The translations under genes and the position numbers were made by a program. Shown piece by piece: positions 32,950 to 48,564 of a DNA stretch of 64,000 nucleotides. The notes below the pieces were generated by a model. The model was not told where the DNA came from, did no database searches, and worked only from the letters and a program-made list of their open reading frames with translations. The DNA comes from the human T2T-CHM13v2.0 reference genome, Homo sapiens. The DNA lies in assembly GCF_009914755.1 (NCBI RefSeq), contig NC_060934.1. One strand, 5' to 3'. Position 1 is the first letter of the stretch; each line of letters opens with the position of its first letter.

Positions 32950-33265
32950 TGTGTATGTGTATATATACTACATTTTTTTCATCCGTTCATCTGTTGATGA
33001 GAGGCTTCTTTCTGGTGGGGACTCCACAGAGTCCCAGTGGGGCACACGGTATCACATGGCCAGGGGACTGAGCACACCAACGTGCTAGCTCAGGTCTTTC
33101 TTCCTCTTTTTGTAAAGCCACCAGCTCCCCTCCCATGATAATCCATTAATCCATTAATCTGTGATGGAGAAATCCCTTCATGAGGGCCGAGCCCTCATGA
33201 TTGAAACACCTCTTAAAGGGCCTGCCTCTCAATGATGCCACCTTGGGAATTAAATTTCAACCTGA

Positions 33266-33711
<446 letters not shown>

Positions 33712-33784
33712 CTACCTTTGTTCTTTTCACCATTCCCCAACTTGACTTATTGCCTTTACTGCAGAATTACAGAATAAATGCCAA

Positions 33785-33888
33785 CTCATACTTACTGATT
33801 CATAAATTCTGCAGCATGGGCCCCTGCAGTCTGTTTCAACAAGCCCTCTGGATGATTCTCACACATGTGAAAGCATGAGAACCACTGG
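33785..33888. mobile_element. MER5A fragment
   Basis: tttcaacaagccctctggatgattctcacacatgtgaaagcatgagaaccactg. Confidence 0.65.
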
Positions 33889-34119
33889 TCTGGTTCTCTT
33901 TGCTTGATCGTCTCTCCATGGTCTTTAAAACTATGATTTTTGTCATTCATCTGCTTGCTCTAATTGTTGCAGCAGAAGCTATGACCTGCTGCTACTTACC
34001 GACTTCTGTATAGAAGCAAAAGTTTTCTGTACTTGTTCTTAATTGTTAGCATGGTATAAATGCAATGTCGCTATTTGGTAGCAAATATTATCTCCCTTTA
34101 TTATGACACCAACTTTTTT

Positions 34120-34525
34120 TAAGGAAACTTTATTGTCAACCATGTGGTTTGGGTGACATAAATTCCATCTCTAGCCTCAGAAATGGACCCTGATTCGCAC
34201 AGCCAAATTATTTCATGCACTCGTCCACAGTAATTGGTTCAAGAGCAGATACACAAACTCACTGAATCCTGCGGTGTTCGAGGGTTTCTGAAGAGAGTTG
34301 TTTTCCCCACTTCCACTGGTTTTAATGGAGGAAGGACATGTTTGAAATTGGACTTCTTTTAACTAAACCGAGGAGCCTGAAACCATCACTGGTCACTTTT
34401 TTAAGGCCTGAAAACATAGCCCACCCTGCAGTAGAACAGAGAGGTGGGATGCATGTGACATTATTTTAGCACTGAAGCAAGCGACTCCTGAACCCCACTC
34501 TACCTATGAAAATTTAATGTGCAAG
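34120..34525 (+). mobile_element. LTR16-like (ERVL) LTR, 3'-truncated
   Basis: ccatgtggtttgggtg...ccacagtaattggttcaag...gtgacattattttagcactgaagcaagc. Confidence 0.5.
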
Positions 34526-34547
34526 AAGAGCGACCATCCGGTCACTG

Positions 34548-34666
34548 TAGTAGAGATGGGGTTTCACCATGTTGGCCAGGCCGGTCTCGAACTCCTGATC
34601 TCATGATCCACCCCCCTCGGCCACCCAAAGTGCTGGAATTACAGGCATGAGCCACCGTGCCTAGCC
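34548..34666 (-). mobile_element. AluS left arm only (3' part deleted)
   Basis: tagtagagatggggtttcacc...gcctagcc, with no tail and no right arm. Confidence 0.9.
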
Positions 34667-36091
34667 TTAATTTGCATAAGGTCTTTAAAATGCAAGAACA
34701 AATGTTTGTGATGTCCGTAGAAGTAGTAGAGGTGGTACCACTTGTAAAATTAAAGGTTAAGGATGACAGTTCTAATTTTTATTCTGTTCGTCCATGCGAC
34801 TTAAACTTTATTCACATTTGTAACCTTAGATGTTAAATGGAAATAATGTTCACGACCTATTGCATTCGGTCACAATGAAGCAAAAACTACGTATTATAAA
34901 TCACAAGATTAAAACAAATTACTATCTGCAATCGGCCAGGCTACATTTCCTATCCTGACACCTGAGGTTCGTAACATTACCTTGGAGGAGCCTTTTGGTA
35001 CCTTTAAAAAATGGCAGTATGACTCAAAAGTGTGAAGTTGCAAAACTCATTATTTTAAGAGCATGATCCTAATATAGTAGCACAAAATAAACCCTTACCT
35101 TTCCTTTTCTGTGACACAGCTGTCATCTGGGCTTTGACCGTGGCTGTTAATTTAGTCTATGACTACTTAAATTCCAGCTGAGCCAAAGAAACCGTAGTTC
35201 CTTAAAGTCCATTTCTCAATTCAAACAACTGCCAACCACACAAGCTGTCCCTGCAATTAAGAAAATGTAAAGTGATCCCCCACAGAGAGGAATGAAGTCA
35301 AGTCAGAAGCTAGGCCAGCAAATCATTTTCGTCTTACGGCTTCCCAGAAAAGCTTTGGCAGGGGACATGACCAGACCATGAACTATGATAAATAGATGAA
35401 GGCTTGTTTGTGTCATGCCTCTATATATTCAGCGCCCGAAAGAACATTTTTCCCTGGACTGTACTAGGTTCTGGATTCCGTCCAGATTTCATATACTGCC
35501 AATATTTCTGCGGCAAGCAAATTTTATATGATAAAGAAACCCAAAGAGTTTTAGGAAGGGTCACAACATTGGGAATATCAAGTCGACACTGCTTTACTTC
35601 TGAATTTCCTTCATTATAAATTCAAATAGGCTTCAGGAAGCTTTAATTCCACTTTTCAATGCATACTTAAAACTGAGCTATAAATTTCTTTGCACTCAAA
35701 GTAATTCCTTTTTTTGTCTTTCAGCATGAAGAAATATGAATTCTATACACAATTACTGCAGTGTTTATTCAAAAAGTCACTTATCCTGTCTTCCTAAGAA
35801 GCAAAATTATTGTATTAAACACCACACTGCTACCTTCCTGACAGCATTTTTATGTGTCCTTAATTTTAATACCTCTCTAGGTTGTTCGCTTGATTAGTTT
35901 TAGGGAAAATATGAGAACCTGAATTTAGTTCACTGCCATTGATGACTCATTTTGCAACCTTGTTTAAATCAGATATTAATAATCAAATACAACGTTGTGC
36001 TCCAACAAGTCTGACGATTCAGAAGCTGTTTGGAATTCATGAAATCAATACACAAATATAGAATCATTATTGCTTTGCCAAATGAAATTTA

Positions 36092-36510
36092 ATAGGAGGG
36101 CGTTGTTTTGGACTGAGCTCCTGCACTAAGCCCCAACAAACCAGAGCAAACCAGAATGGAGTCAGTCATGCTAAGTACCACATAGTCAAACTGAACTTTA
36201 AAATGGTTTTCCAAGGAATAGGAAACTCACCGCAGCCAGTCAAAAGGAGCCTAGTCACCCTGAATAGGCATGATGAGAAAGTTCTCTCAGCCTGAATCCT
36301 AGAAGTAGAGTAACTTGGAAATGACCAGTTGGCTTTCTGTTCCCTGTTTCTGCTTCTGCAGCTCTGTATGCCTATAAAGCCCACCTCCTCTGCTCAGCCC
36401 ATTGGAGGGTCTTTTCTATTTCATAAATGAGATGCTACCTAATTCATGAATTGCTAATAAAAGCCAATTTGATATTTTAACAAAATATGTTGAAATTTTG
36501 TTCTTCAACA
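36092..36510 (+). mobile_element. MER31-like ERV1 solo LTR
   Basis: ttttggactgagctcctgcactaagccccaac...aatggagtcagtcatgcta; tataaa and aataaa present; ends caaca. Confidence 0.7.
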
Positions 36511-37063
36511 GCATGAACCCCAAACAATTTAGCAGCTCACAGCTTTACTAGCTCTATCTCAGTCCTCCACAATCTCTCACTACTTTCATTTGTCCATCCC
36601 CACCTCCTCATCTTCCTGCCACAGTCACACAGACACACACGCTCAGCTGTTATTTGAGAGACTGAAATCAAATCAACTGAATAAGGAAATTGAACGCAAA
36701 CTTAACTGGTTGATTCTTTTTTTCATCATATACATTGTTCCCTCATCTCTGTAATACCTTTCAACTACCTACTGGGCAGAATTGATGGAAAAAATAAACA
36801 TGTAGATCAATGGCATAAAATACAAAGCCCCATATAGATCCCTCTAAATGTGGATTTCTATAGTTTCAAATTATAGAGAGAGACATCACAAAGCAAAATA
36901 TAATCAGCTTGCATATGCCAAAGCACGTGTGTCCACTGCGGAGGGGGTGTTGGAAGCCCATAACTATAAGGAACCAGAGAGAGGAAGAAAACTTGCAGGA
37001 GAAGCAATAGATGAAAAATAAATGTCCCTATTAGATAAACAGCTCTTTGAAATTTATTTTTAA

Positions 37064-37460
<397 letters not shown>

Positions 37461-37544
37461 TAATGCGATTCTAAAGTACCATTCTATACTTTCCTGGGCA
37501 CCAGCATTGTATATAATTTGTTTTAGCTATGCAGCTATGTTTTT

Positions 37545-37820
37545 GCCAGTGGAACATCCATGAATACTACTTCCACATCTGGCCCATAAAAACTGCCTGC
37601 ATGCAAATTTGTGTGTCTCTTCTGCTGTGCTAGAGTGATAAAGACAGTCATGTTGATCTTGAAAGGCATATGTTAAAGACAGCATAGCCATAAGATAGAA
37701 GGAGCCTAGGTCCCTGGATCCACTGCACGGAGGTGGGTTATACGCCCATCCTTTTTGATTTTATGTTAACCTGCTGAGACTTCTGGATACATTGGTTAAA
37801 GTAGCTAGCTTTACTCTACT
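37545..37820 (+). mobile_element. MLT1J-like LTR fragment
   Basis: gccataagatagaaggagcctaggtccctgga...ctgctgagacttctgg. Confidence 0.55.
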
Positions 37821-37845
37821 ACCTGCTTTTAGTTTGAGGAGTTCC

Positions 37846-38154
37846 TTTTTTTTTTTTTTTAGATGGTGTCTCACTCTGTTGACCAGACTAGGCTGTAGTG
37901 CAGTGGCATGATCGTGGCTCACTGCATCACTGCTGCCTCTGCCTCCCAGCTTCAAGTGATTCTCATACCTCGGCCTCCGCAGTAGCTGAGATCATAGGTA
38001 CCCACCACCACACCCGGCTAATTTTTGTATTTTTAATAGGGATCAGATTTCACCTCGTTGGCCAGGCTGGTCTCAAACTCCTAACCTCAAGTAATCCACC
38101 TGCCTCAGCCACCCAAAGTGCTGGGATTACAGGCATGAGCCACCACGCCTGTCC
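37846..38154 (-). mobile_element. AluS
   Basis: TSD tagtttgagga. Confidence 0.95.
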
Positions 38155-38587
38155 TAGTTTGAGGATTTCTAATTAGCTTTAGCAAGAAATGAGAAGGAAA
38201 CAAGTTGGAACGCAACAGGAAAGAAAATCTCAAGTTAAAATGTTGTAGCCCCCATACAGAAAACCTTGATTCCATTCTTTCTCTTTCAATATAAACTCTT
38301 CTATTCTCTTACCTGTCATCTCCCTTCTTCCTGATTAGACTTCATTTTTTCATCTAAGAAAAAAACTTCATAGGTTTGGTTTCAAATTATCATATCAATA
38401 AACACTGAAAATACCCTACCCAATATCATAAAGAAAAACAGAATTATTGATTAACTACTCTACAGCCAATAACAGCAGGTTTCTCTTTGATGGATACATG
38501 TAAACTATCTCATAGCCCAAGATCAAACCAAAGAAAAGAAAGTCTGAGAGCTTATGGCCATAGGATGCATTCATATGTCAAAATTTA

Positions 38588-39179
<592 letters not shown>

Positions 39180-39199
39180 CCAGTCGCACTTTCTTGATG

Positions 39200-39366
39200 C
39201 ATTTTTACAAGGGCAAAAAAGGGACAGACTCACTCCTTCCAGCCCTTTTATAAGGACACCAATCCTATCCAGTCACCTTCCAAAAGCCCCACCTCTTCAT
39301 ACCATCACCTTGGGCTTTATGTAACAATATAGGAGTTTTGAAGGGACTCATATGCAAACCACAGCA
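39200..39366 (-). mobile_element. MST/MLT1A LTR 5' fragment
   Basis: cttttataaggacaccaatcc...ccccacctcttcataccatcaccttggg...caaaccacagca. Confidence 0.65.
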
Positions 39367-40045
39367 TTTTCCCCATCAAACTCCTTCAGAACCCTATGCC
39401 TTTGGTCAGGCTGCTGTTGCCTCTGCCCAGCACAGAAAAAAATTTTAAAAATAAACAAACATCTATTTATATTTTGTGTAAATAAAATCTACGTAATCCC
39501 TCAAGACTCAGCTCCAGCCTGCCCTCCTTTGCAGAGTCTCTCCTGAGTTAATTGGCCCTCTTCCGTACTCCAATAGCATATTCGCAAAGCACTTGACATG
39601 TACATTTTTAATTGCAAGTTGATTTGTCCTTTAAAAAAAAAAAAAGACTGTAATCCCCTTGAGAGCAGGAACAACCTTTTATGCCTTCATGCCCAGAGCA
39701 CAGTGTTGGCATATGGATAGTTCTTTAATAAAGTTGTTATATGGCTTAGTGAATTCTGTAGCTTAACAGCTCTTTTGAAAAATCATGCCAAAATCACTTG
39801 TTAACCGAACCCCACACCTCAAAAGTTTTTGTTTTGCTAGAAAATAGTTGAGTAGCATGGTACTAAGGTATGGTAGAGAGTAGATTTGTTTAGACTAGGT
39901 ATTTTTTTCTGTTGCCAGTTACAATTTATAGTTTATCAGAAATTCTCATCAGGTGCTATGTTACGAACAAGTGTTAACAACGGAAGTATCTAGTACATAC
40001 TTCTGGAATTCAACCTTCTGTTGATAGGATTCATTGATTCATTCA

Positions 40046-40323
<278 letters not shown>

Positions 40324-40814
40324 TCAATACCTATTCTGTGCCAAGCTGCTTTAGGTGTTGGTGATGAAACAATGAAAGAAAGGAAAATAAAAAGACCAAT
40401 AGGCCTGCCCTCATTGAGTTTATGATCTACACAGTGGGACCCACAAACTATGTAGATATGTGTTTTGTCAACTGTTATTTAAAAATTAAGTTGGAGTTAG
40501 GGGATATAGAATGCAGTGGAAGGAAGAGGGTTGCTACCTCACAGGGTAGTCAGGGAAGGCCTCTGTGACAAAGTGACATTTTGAGCAAAAACTCACAGGG
40601 AAGCAGTGCCAAGGGCATTGGCCTTGAGGCAGGAGCATGGTTGGCATTTTCTGAGGACAGCAAGGTGTCAAGTGTGACTGGAGCAAAATAGCAAAGGACA
40701 ATAAGGTAGAAGTTGATTGTGACAGCCGAGGAGAAGCAGCAGATTACGGAGGGCTTAGCAGGCCGCATAGTTAGGACGCTGACTTACTCTGATAATAAAA
40801 GTAGAAGTGGGTAA

Positions 40815-41024
<210 letters not shown>

Positions 41025-41183
41025 TAATTACTATGTTAAGAGTAGTCTATAGGGACCCAGGGATTAAATGAGGAAACCAGTTAGGAGGCAATGGCAATGA
41101 TACAGACAAAAGAAAATGATGGCCCAGCCCAGGATAGGGTCAGCCATGGAAGGATGAAATGTCTGCATCTGGATATACTTTGC

Positions 41184-41489
41184 TTTTTGTTTTGTTTTGT
41201 TTTTTAGATGGAGTCTTGCTTTGTCTCCCAGGCTGGAGTGCAGCGGCGTGATCTCGGCTCACTGCAACTTCCTCCACCTCCTGGGTTCAAGCGATTCTCC
41301 TTCCTCAGCCTCCTGAGTAGCTAGGACTACAAGTGTGTGCCACCACGCCTGGCTAATAGTTGTATTTTTAGTAGAGACGGGGTCTCACCATGTTGAGTAG
41401 GCTGGTCTCAAACTCCTGACCTCAAGGGATCTGCCCGCCTCAGCCTCCCAAAGTGCTAGGATTACAGGCCTGAGCCACCAAAACTGACC
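41184..41489 (-). mobile_element. AluS
   Basis: TSD tgcatctggatata. Confidence 0.95.
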
Positions 41490-41776
41490 ATGCATCTGGA
41501 TATATTTTGAAGGTCAAACCAGCAAACAGAAATATGAAAGAAAATGTCACATCAACAATGACTGCAAGGTCAGGGGAATAGCAAAATAGATTTGCCGTTT
41601 ACTGATATGTGGGAGTTTATTAATGTGTATCTTTGGGGGAAATACAATGCTTTCTTTATTTTTGTTTCATGTTAGATTATAAGGTTATAGTTATAACTTA
41701 CATGCTTAAGAATTCTGAGGACTATTTTAGGGTGCTCCTTTTCTTCTTCCAGTTCTTCCCAGTAACCAAACTCTGA

Positions 41777-42451
<675 letters not shown>

Positions 42452-42653
42452 TAACTGTGCATGTCAAAATGTTACCAATCCTTTCACAGCCATCACTCCA
42501 ATGAAGGCTTCAAGCTTCACCCAGTGAGAATAATCCTTCCTCCCTTACATATTTACAACCTTTGGGCCTCTACTTAACACTGTGTGTTAGTTATTTATTT
42601 TTATTTTTCTATGTCTCCTTTTGGGTAGTGACTTACTGTATGAGAATACAGAA

Positions 42654-42963
42654 GGCCAGGCGTGGTGGCTCACACCTGTAATCTCAACACTTTGCGAGGC
42701 TGAGGCAGGAGGATTGCTGGAGGCCAGGAGTTGGAAACCAGCCTGGGAAACAGCGATATAAATTTTGCTGTAATTAATTTAAAAAAATTTTTTTAAATAG
42801 CTGGTGTGTGGTGGCACACATCTGTAGTCCCAGCTACCTAGGAGGCTGAGGTAGGAGGATCACTTGAGCCCAGGAGGTCAAGGCTGCAGTGAGCCATGAT
42901 TGCGCCACTGCACTGCGGTCTGGGTGACAGAATAAAACTCTGTCTCAAAAAAAAAAAAAAAAT
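42654..42963 (+). mobile_element. AluJ
   Basis: Dimer with a rearranged linker. Confidence 0.92.
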
Positions 42964-42966
42964 ACT

Positions 42967-43095
42967 GGGTCGGGCGCAGTGGCTTACACCTGTAATCCCA
43001 GCACTTTGGGAGGTAGAGGCAGGAGGATCAGTTGAGCCCAGGGGTTCAAGACAAGCCTGGGTGACAAGGCAAGACCTCTGTGTCTACAAAAATAT
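42967..43095 (+). mobile_element. Alu left monomer (FLAM-like)
   Basis: Left arm only. Confidence 0.85.
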
Positions 43096-43112
43096 TAAAA
43101 ATTAAATTAAAG

Positions 43113-43640
43113 GGTATATACCCAAAATAATATAAATCATTCTATTACAAAGATACACGCACAGGTATGTTCATTGCAGCACTATTCACAATAGCAAAGA
43201 CATGGAGTTAACCCAAATGTCCATCAGTGATAGACTGGATAAAGAAAATGTGGTACATATATACCATGCACTACTATACAGTCATAAAAAGGAGCAAGAT
43301 CATGTCCTTGGCAGGGACATGGATGGAGCTGGAAGCCATTGTCCTCAGCAAACTAATGCAGGAACAGAAAACCGAACACCGCATGTTGTCACTTATAAGT
43401 GGGAGATGAACAATGAGAACACATGGATACAGGGAGGGGAACACACTGGGCCCTGTCGGGGGAGTGGGGTGGAGGGAGGGAGAGCATTAGGAAAAATAGT
43501 TAAAGTATGTGAGGCTTAATACCTGGGTGATGGGTTGACAGGTGCAGCAAACCACCATGGCACACGTTTACCTATGTAAAAAACCTGCACATCCTGCACA
43601 TGTATCCCAGAACTAAAAATAAAAATTAAATTTAAAATAA
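43113..43640 (+). mobile_element. L1PA/PB 3' end
   Basis: ataaagaaaatgtggtacatatataccatg...cacatgtatcccagaactaaaaataaaa. Confidence 0.9.
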
Positions 43641-44384
43641 AAATTTTAGAAAACATCGAATTTGTCTTATAAACCAGGCATCCACAGGGTTCAGTAGAGT
43701 CATTCTCCTAATTGGTCCCTAAAAAATATTTGTTGTGGGCTTTAATAGCCAAATGCTGCTGCATTGAGAATGGTCTTAATATTGAGAAAAGGTTCTGCAG
43801 GATTTGGGGTTGGCCCTCACATAAACAGTAAACATATACACATTCATTTTTCAACTGCATTTTCCCTTATATTATTATCATAGTCTGTTTAAAACGAAAC
43901 TACCCAAACAATGTATTTTAAAGGTCATATTCAAATACTATCATAAATATAAGCTTCTCTAGAGTAATATTTAGAAAACATTGTAAAATAAATTAGATGT
44001 TTGCTTCCTCTGAGGCCAAGCAGGTTTTCATTTTCTTGTGCAAATAAAAAATATTGATTTTTCCTTTTTGTCTGAGGAAAAAAACAATCTTTAAAATATA
44101 CTAGGCAGACTGCTTATGTGCTACAGAAGCCAGATGTCTCAGAGCACTGAAATAGAAAAATTAGTGCTGAATCTCATAATGTAAGAATATCTTAAGGGAA
44201 AAGTGACAAATGTTGTGATTTGGAAACTTGAGGCTAGCTAGTTAGATTCTGCCTAATATCAGGGGCACCTCCAGGATTTGCTTCACTGCTTATATTAATG
44301 TTATTGGTCTCAATGTCTTTTTCTTACTAGATTGTTGCCTCTAAAGCCACACTTTACTCCTGTGTATTAACATTATTTGTATAG

Positions 44385-44520
44385 GGCCGGGTGCAGGGGC
44401 TCATGCCTGGAATCCCAGCAATTTGAGAGGCCAAGGCAGGAGGATCGTTTGAGCTCAGGAGTTGGAGACCAGTGTGGGCAAGACCCTGCCTCTATAAAAA
44501 TAAAATAAAATAATAAAATA
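44385..44520 (+). mobile_element. Alu left monomer (FLAM-like)
   Basis: Left arm plus an A-rich tail. Confidence 0.85.
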
Positions 44521-44929
44521 ATTGGGGTAAATATATTTTTCTGCACTAGATTATACATTTCTTGAGGGTGATATTCCGTAAAATTATTGGCATAAATATT
44601 TGTCCCCACTAGATTTTAAGTTCCTGGAGGGCAGGAACTGTGCTTTCTTTATACTCCCCATGGCTCTTACCATAGTGCTTTGCACTCAGCATTCCCTCAA
44701 GCAATCTTCACTTCATCTCGCCCCTTGACTACTACTCCTTTCAACTTTTCTTCCTTTGCCAAAGGACACTAAAATACCCAAGTGCTATCTATGATTTAAA
44801 ACCTTGTATTTCTTGTAATACAGGTTCAGAAGCTGAAACGGAGATCCAAAATAATAGTAGTTTAAACAGCCCAGGTGTAAGCTTCCCAAGACTTACTCCT
44901 GCAATCTATCCTACCTGCACAGGTGATTC

Positions 44930-45047
44930 TGGGCTACTGTGTATGGTTGTGCAGGATGTGTACTGCACAACTCTACGGAGTCCCATTCACACTGTGGTCT
45001 ATAGGAATGGTGCTCACAACTGCACGGCTGTATTCAGCAGCCCTGGA
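44930..45047. mobile_element. MER91-like hAT element within an old MLT1 LTR (about 44800-45360)
   Basis: ggttgtgcaggatgtgtactgcacaac...cacaactgcacggctgtattcagcagccctg. Confidence 0.55.
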
Positions 45048-45688
45048 GCTGCTCCATGGTGGTAAATATCCATGTTCCTTTATTTTAATTGCTCCATTAT
45101 TCTTAGGGAGTGTCAAGATCCATCATGTCCTAAGATGGATCGCTGGCTTGACATCCATATCCCACTAAGGGCATGCTTACTGGAAGCTGCGTGTCACTTC
45201 CACTCACATTCTGTTGACTAGAACTTACTCATACAGCCATGCCTCACTAGGAGAGAGACTGAAAAATATCTTTAGTCTCAGTGCCAAGTTAAAACTGAAG
45301 GGTTCGATTACTAGAAAAATGGAGAACTGATTTGGGGGACAACTAGAAGTCTCTACTACAAGCCAGAATGCCACCTTTCATTTTGGAAAGTCACTTTCAT
45401 TTCAATTTCTACAGTCTTTATTACAACCATCACTACGCCTTGACTCCTGACAGCACAGCGCTTTTTCAGGCCCACTTTATTTGTTGCCTGACCTCCTGCA
45501 ACAGTCTTCTAATATTTCCCTGCCTCTAGCCACTCAACTCCAATCTATGACTGATGGGAAATGCCAGATAACCTGATCCAAATCCATCTCTCCATTCTTA
45601 ATTTTTCCTGCTCTTACACATGCTTTTGCTTGATTCCAGCTGAATTCCTCGTTCCTCCTTGTACATTCTGTATCTTCTTACCTGTGGC

Positions 45689-46005
<317 letters not shown>

Positions 46006-46266
46006 ACTTGTGACTTTTCTCAGACTGTTTCTTTGCCAAATTGCCTTTCTGCCCTGATTCCATGTCACTATCTTAATTGCCTTTTCAGTCACAGCTCAAA
46101 CTACCCACCCCCATCACTCATTACCTGACCCTTAGTCAGATCAGTTCTACTTCAAGTAAATATCCATATACTAATTTTTACTTCTTATTTACATGCAATT
46201 GTGTGGTAAAAGGTACATATTTTAAGGATCCAATTCAAAATATTTTTAATATCTGTATATACCTAT

Positions 46267-46450
46267 TGTGGTTGGCAAAATGTTGGTCCCCATGACTCTC
46301 ACCTAGTGTCACATCTGTGAACATGTGACATTACAGGCCAAAAGGGACACTGCAGGAGTAATTAAGGTTACTAATCAGTTGACTTTAAGACAGGAATATT
46401 ATCGTGGATCATCCAGGAAGGCCCAGTGTAATCGCATGAGCCCTTAAAAG
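46267..46450 (+). mobile_element. MLT1D/E LTR 5' fragment
   Basis: tgtggttggcaaaat...gtaattaaggttactaatcagttgactttaaga...gagcccttaaaag. Confidence 0.75.
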
Positions 46451-46455
46451 TTAAT

Positions 46456-46653
46456 CTTTCTTTTTTTTTATTGAGACGGAGTCTCACTGTATCACCTAGG
46501 CTGGAGTACAGTGGTGTGATCTTGTCTCACTGCAACCTCCGCCTCCTGGGTTCCAGTGATTCTCCTGTCTCAGCCTCCCAATTAGCTAGGAGTACAGGTG
46601 TGTGCCACCACACCCAGCTAATTTTTATATTTTTAGTAGAAACAGGGTTTCAC
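46456..46653 (-). mobile_element. Alu, 5' part deleted
   Basis: Stops at gggtttcac and joins a THE1/MSTA LTR. Confidence 0.9.
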
Positions 46654-46836
46654 TGCTGTCTCTCTCTTGCCACCTTGTGAAGAAGCTACCTGTTTCCCCT
46701 TCCCCTTCCGCCATGATTGTAAGTTTCCTGAGGCCTCCCCAGCCATACAGAACTGTGAGTCAATGAAATTTCTTTCCTTTATAAACTACCCAATCATGGG
46801 TATTTCTTTATAGCAGTATGAGAATGGACTAATACA
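46654..46836 (+). mobile_element. THE1/MSTA LTR 3' half
   Basis: ccttccgccatgattgtaagtttcctgaggcctccccagcca...gaatggactaataca. Confidence 0.85.
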
Positions 46837-47440
46837 GAGACAAAAAGAAAAAAGAAAAGAAAAGAGTGGGACTGAAAGCACACAAATCCCTGCATGTGTG
46901 ACAGACCAGAGACTCCTTTCTCTGGTCTTATAATAGTGATTGTATATCCAAGCAACCTTGAAATGAAAAGAGCTCCTGATATATACCGTAGGCAGCATTT
47001 CATTTTGGTGGAAGAAAGAAAGGTCTATTTAATAAATGCTGCTGGCATACTCTGAAATCAATGCAGGCAAAAATACAATTAGATTTCTATCCTATGCCAT
47101 GAACGATCAAAATTTCCAATGAAAAGAAAGTTAGTCAAGCCATAAAAGAAGAAAATAGAAGAGAGTGTACTTAAGATTTGGAGGTGCCTAGGTCTTCTAA
47201 GCAAAACATAAAATCAGGGGAAAGATAGAATTTTGTACACAAAAATTTGAATGTCCTATAAGACAAAAGCCATCATAAACAAAGCCAAACACATGCACCT
47301 GATGGAAAGAAACATACATGGCAAAAAATGCACGTACATAACTTATCTATGCACTTACAAATCATTAAAAAAAGACTCATCATCCAAGAGAATACTGTGC
47401 AAACAACATGGAAGAGCAATTCACAGGAAAAATACAAATA

Positions 47441-48564
47441 GTAAGACCTGAAACCATAAAAACCCTAGAAGAACACCTAGGCAATACCATTCAGGACATA
47501 GGCATAAGCAAAGACCTCACGACTAAAACATAAAGCAATGGCAACAAAAGCCAAAATTGACAAATGGGATCTAATTAAACTAAGAAGCTTCTGCACCACA
47601 AAACAAACTATCATCAGAGTAAACAGGTAACCTACAGAATGGGAGAAAATGTTTGTAATCTATCCATCTGAGAAAGGGCTAATATCCAGAATCTACAAGG
47701 AACTTAAACAAATTTACAAGAAAAAAACAAACAACCCCATCAAAAAGTGGGCAAAGGATATGAACAGACACTTCTCAAAAGAAGACATTTATGCAGCCAA
47801 CAAACATATGAAAAAAAGCTCATCATCACTGATCATTAGAGAAATGCAAACCAAAACCACAATGAGATACCATCTCACACCAGTTAGATGGTGATCATTA
47901 AAAAGTCAGGAAACAACAGATGCTGGAGAGGATGTGGAAATGGGAACGTTTTTACACTGTTGGTGGGAGTGTAAATTAGTTCAACCATTGTGGAAGACAG
48001 TGTGGCAATTCCTCAAGGATCTAGAGCCAGAAATACCATTTGACCCAGCAATCCTATTACTGGCTATATACCCAAAGGATTAGAAATCATTCTACCATAA
48101 AGACACATACACAAGTATGTTTATTGTAGCACTATTCACAATAGCAAAGACTTGGAACCAACCCAAATGCCCATCAATGATAGGCTGGATAAAGAAAATG
48201 TGGCACATATACACCATGGAATACTATGCAGCCACAAAAAGGATGAGTTCATGTCCTTTGCAGGGACATGGATGAAGCTGGAAACCATCATTCTCAGCTA
48301 ACTAATACAGGAACAGAAAACCAAACACTGCATGTTCTCACTCATAAGTGGGAGTTGAACAATGAAATCGACACAGGGAGGGCAACAGCACACACTGAGG
48401 CCTATCGCAGGATGGGGGGCTAGGGGAGGGATAGCGTTAGGAGAAATAACTAATGTAGATGACAGGTTGATGGGTGCAGCAAACCACCATGGCACGTGTG
48501 TACCTATGTAACAAACCTGCACATTCTGCACATATACCCCAGAACTTAAAGTATAATAAAAAAT
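47441..48564 (+). mobile_element. 5'-truncated L1PA (about 1.1 kb) inside an older L1M fragment
   Basis: ORF2 C-terminal ORF 47649-47894 ([31 protein letters not shown]), 3' UTR, and TSD gaaaaatacaaata (47427-47440 and 48565-48578). Confidence 0.93.

Larger units (their letters stand above)
31058..32997 (-). mobile_element. L1MA-type 3' fragment inside the MST LTR
   Basis: ttttttaattgagataaaatatacac...; cccatacatgagtgagaacatg...ccagttccatccatgttgctgcaaatgacaagatttcattc. Confidence 0.75.

Noticed and set aside
47649-47894. ORF resembling a real protein
   Set aside because: Fragment of L1 ORF2 from a 5'-truncated L1PA.
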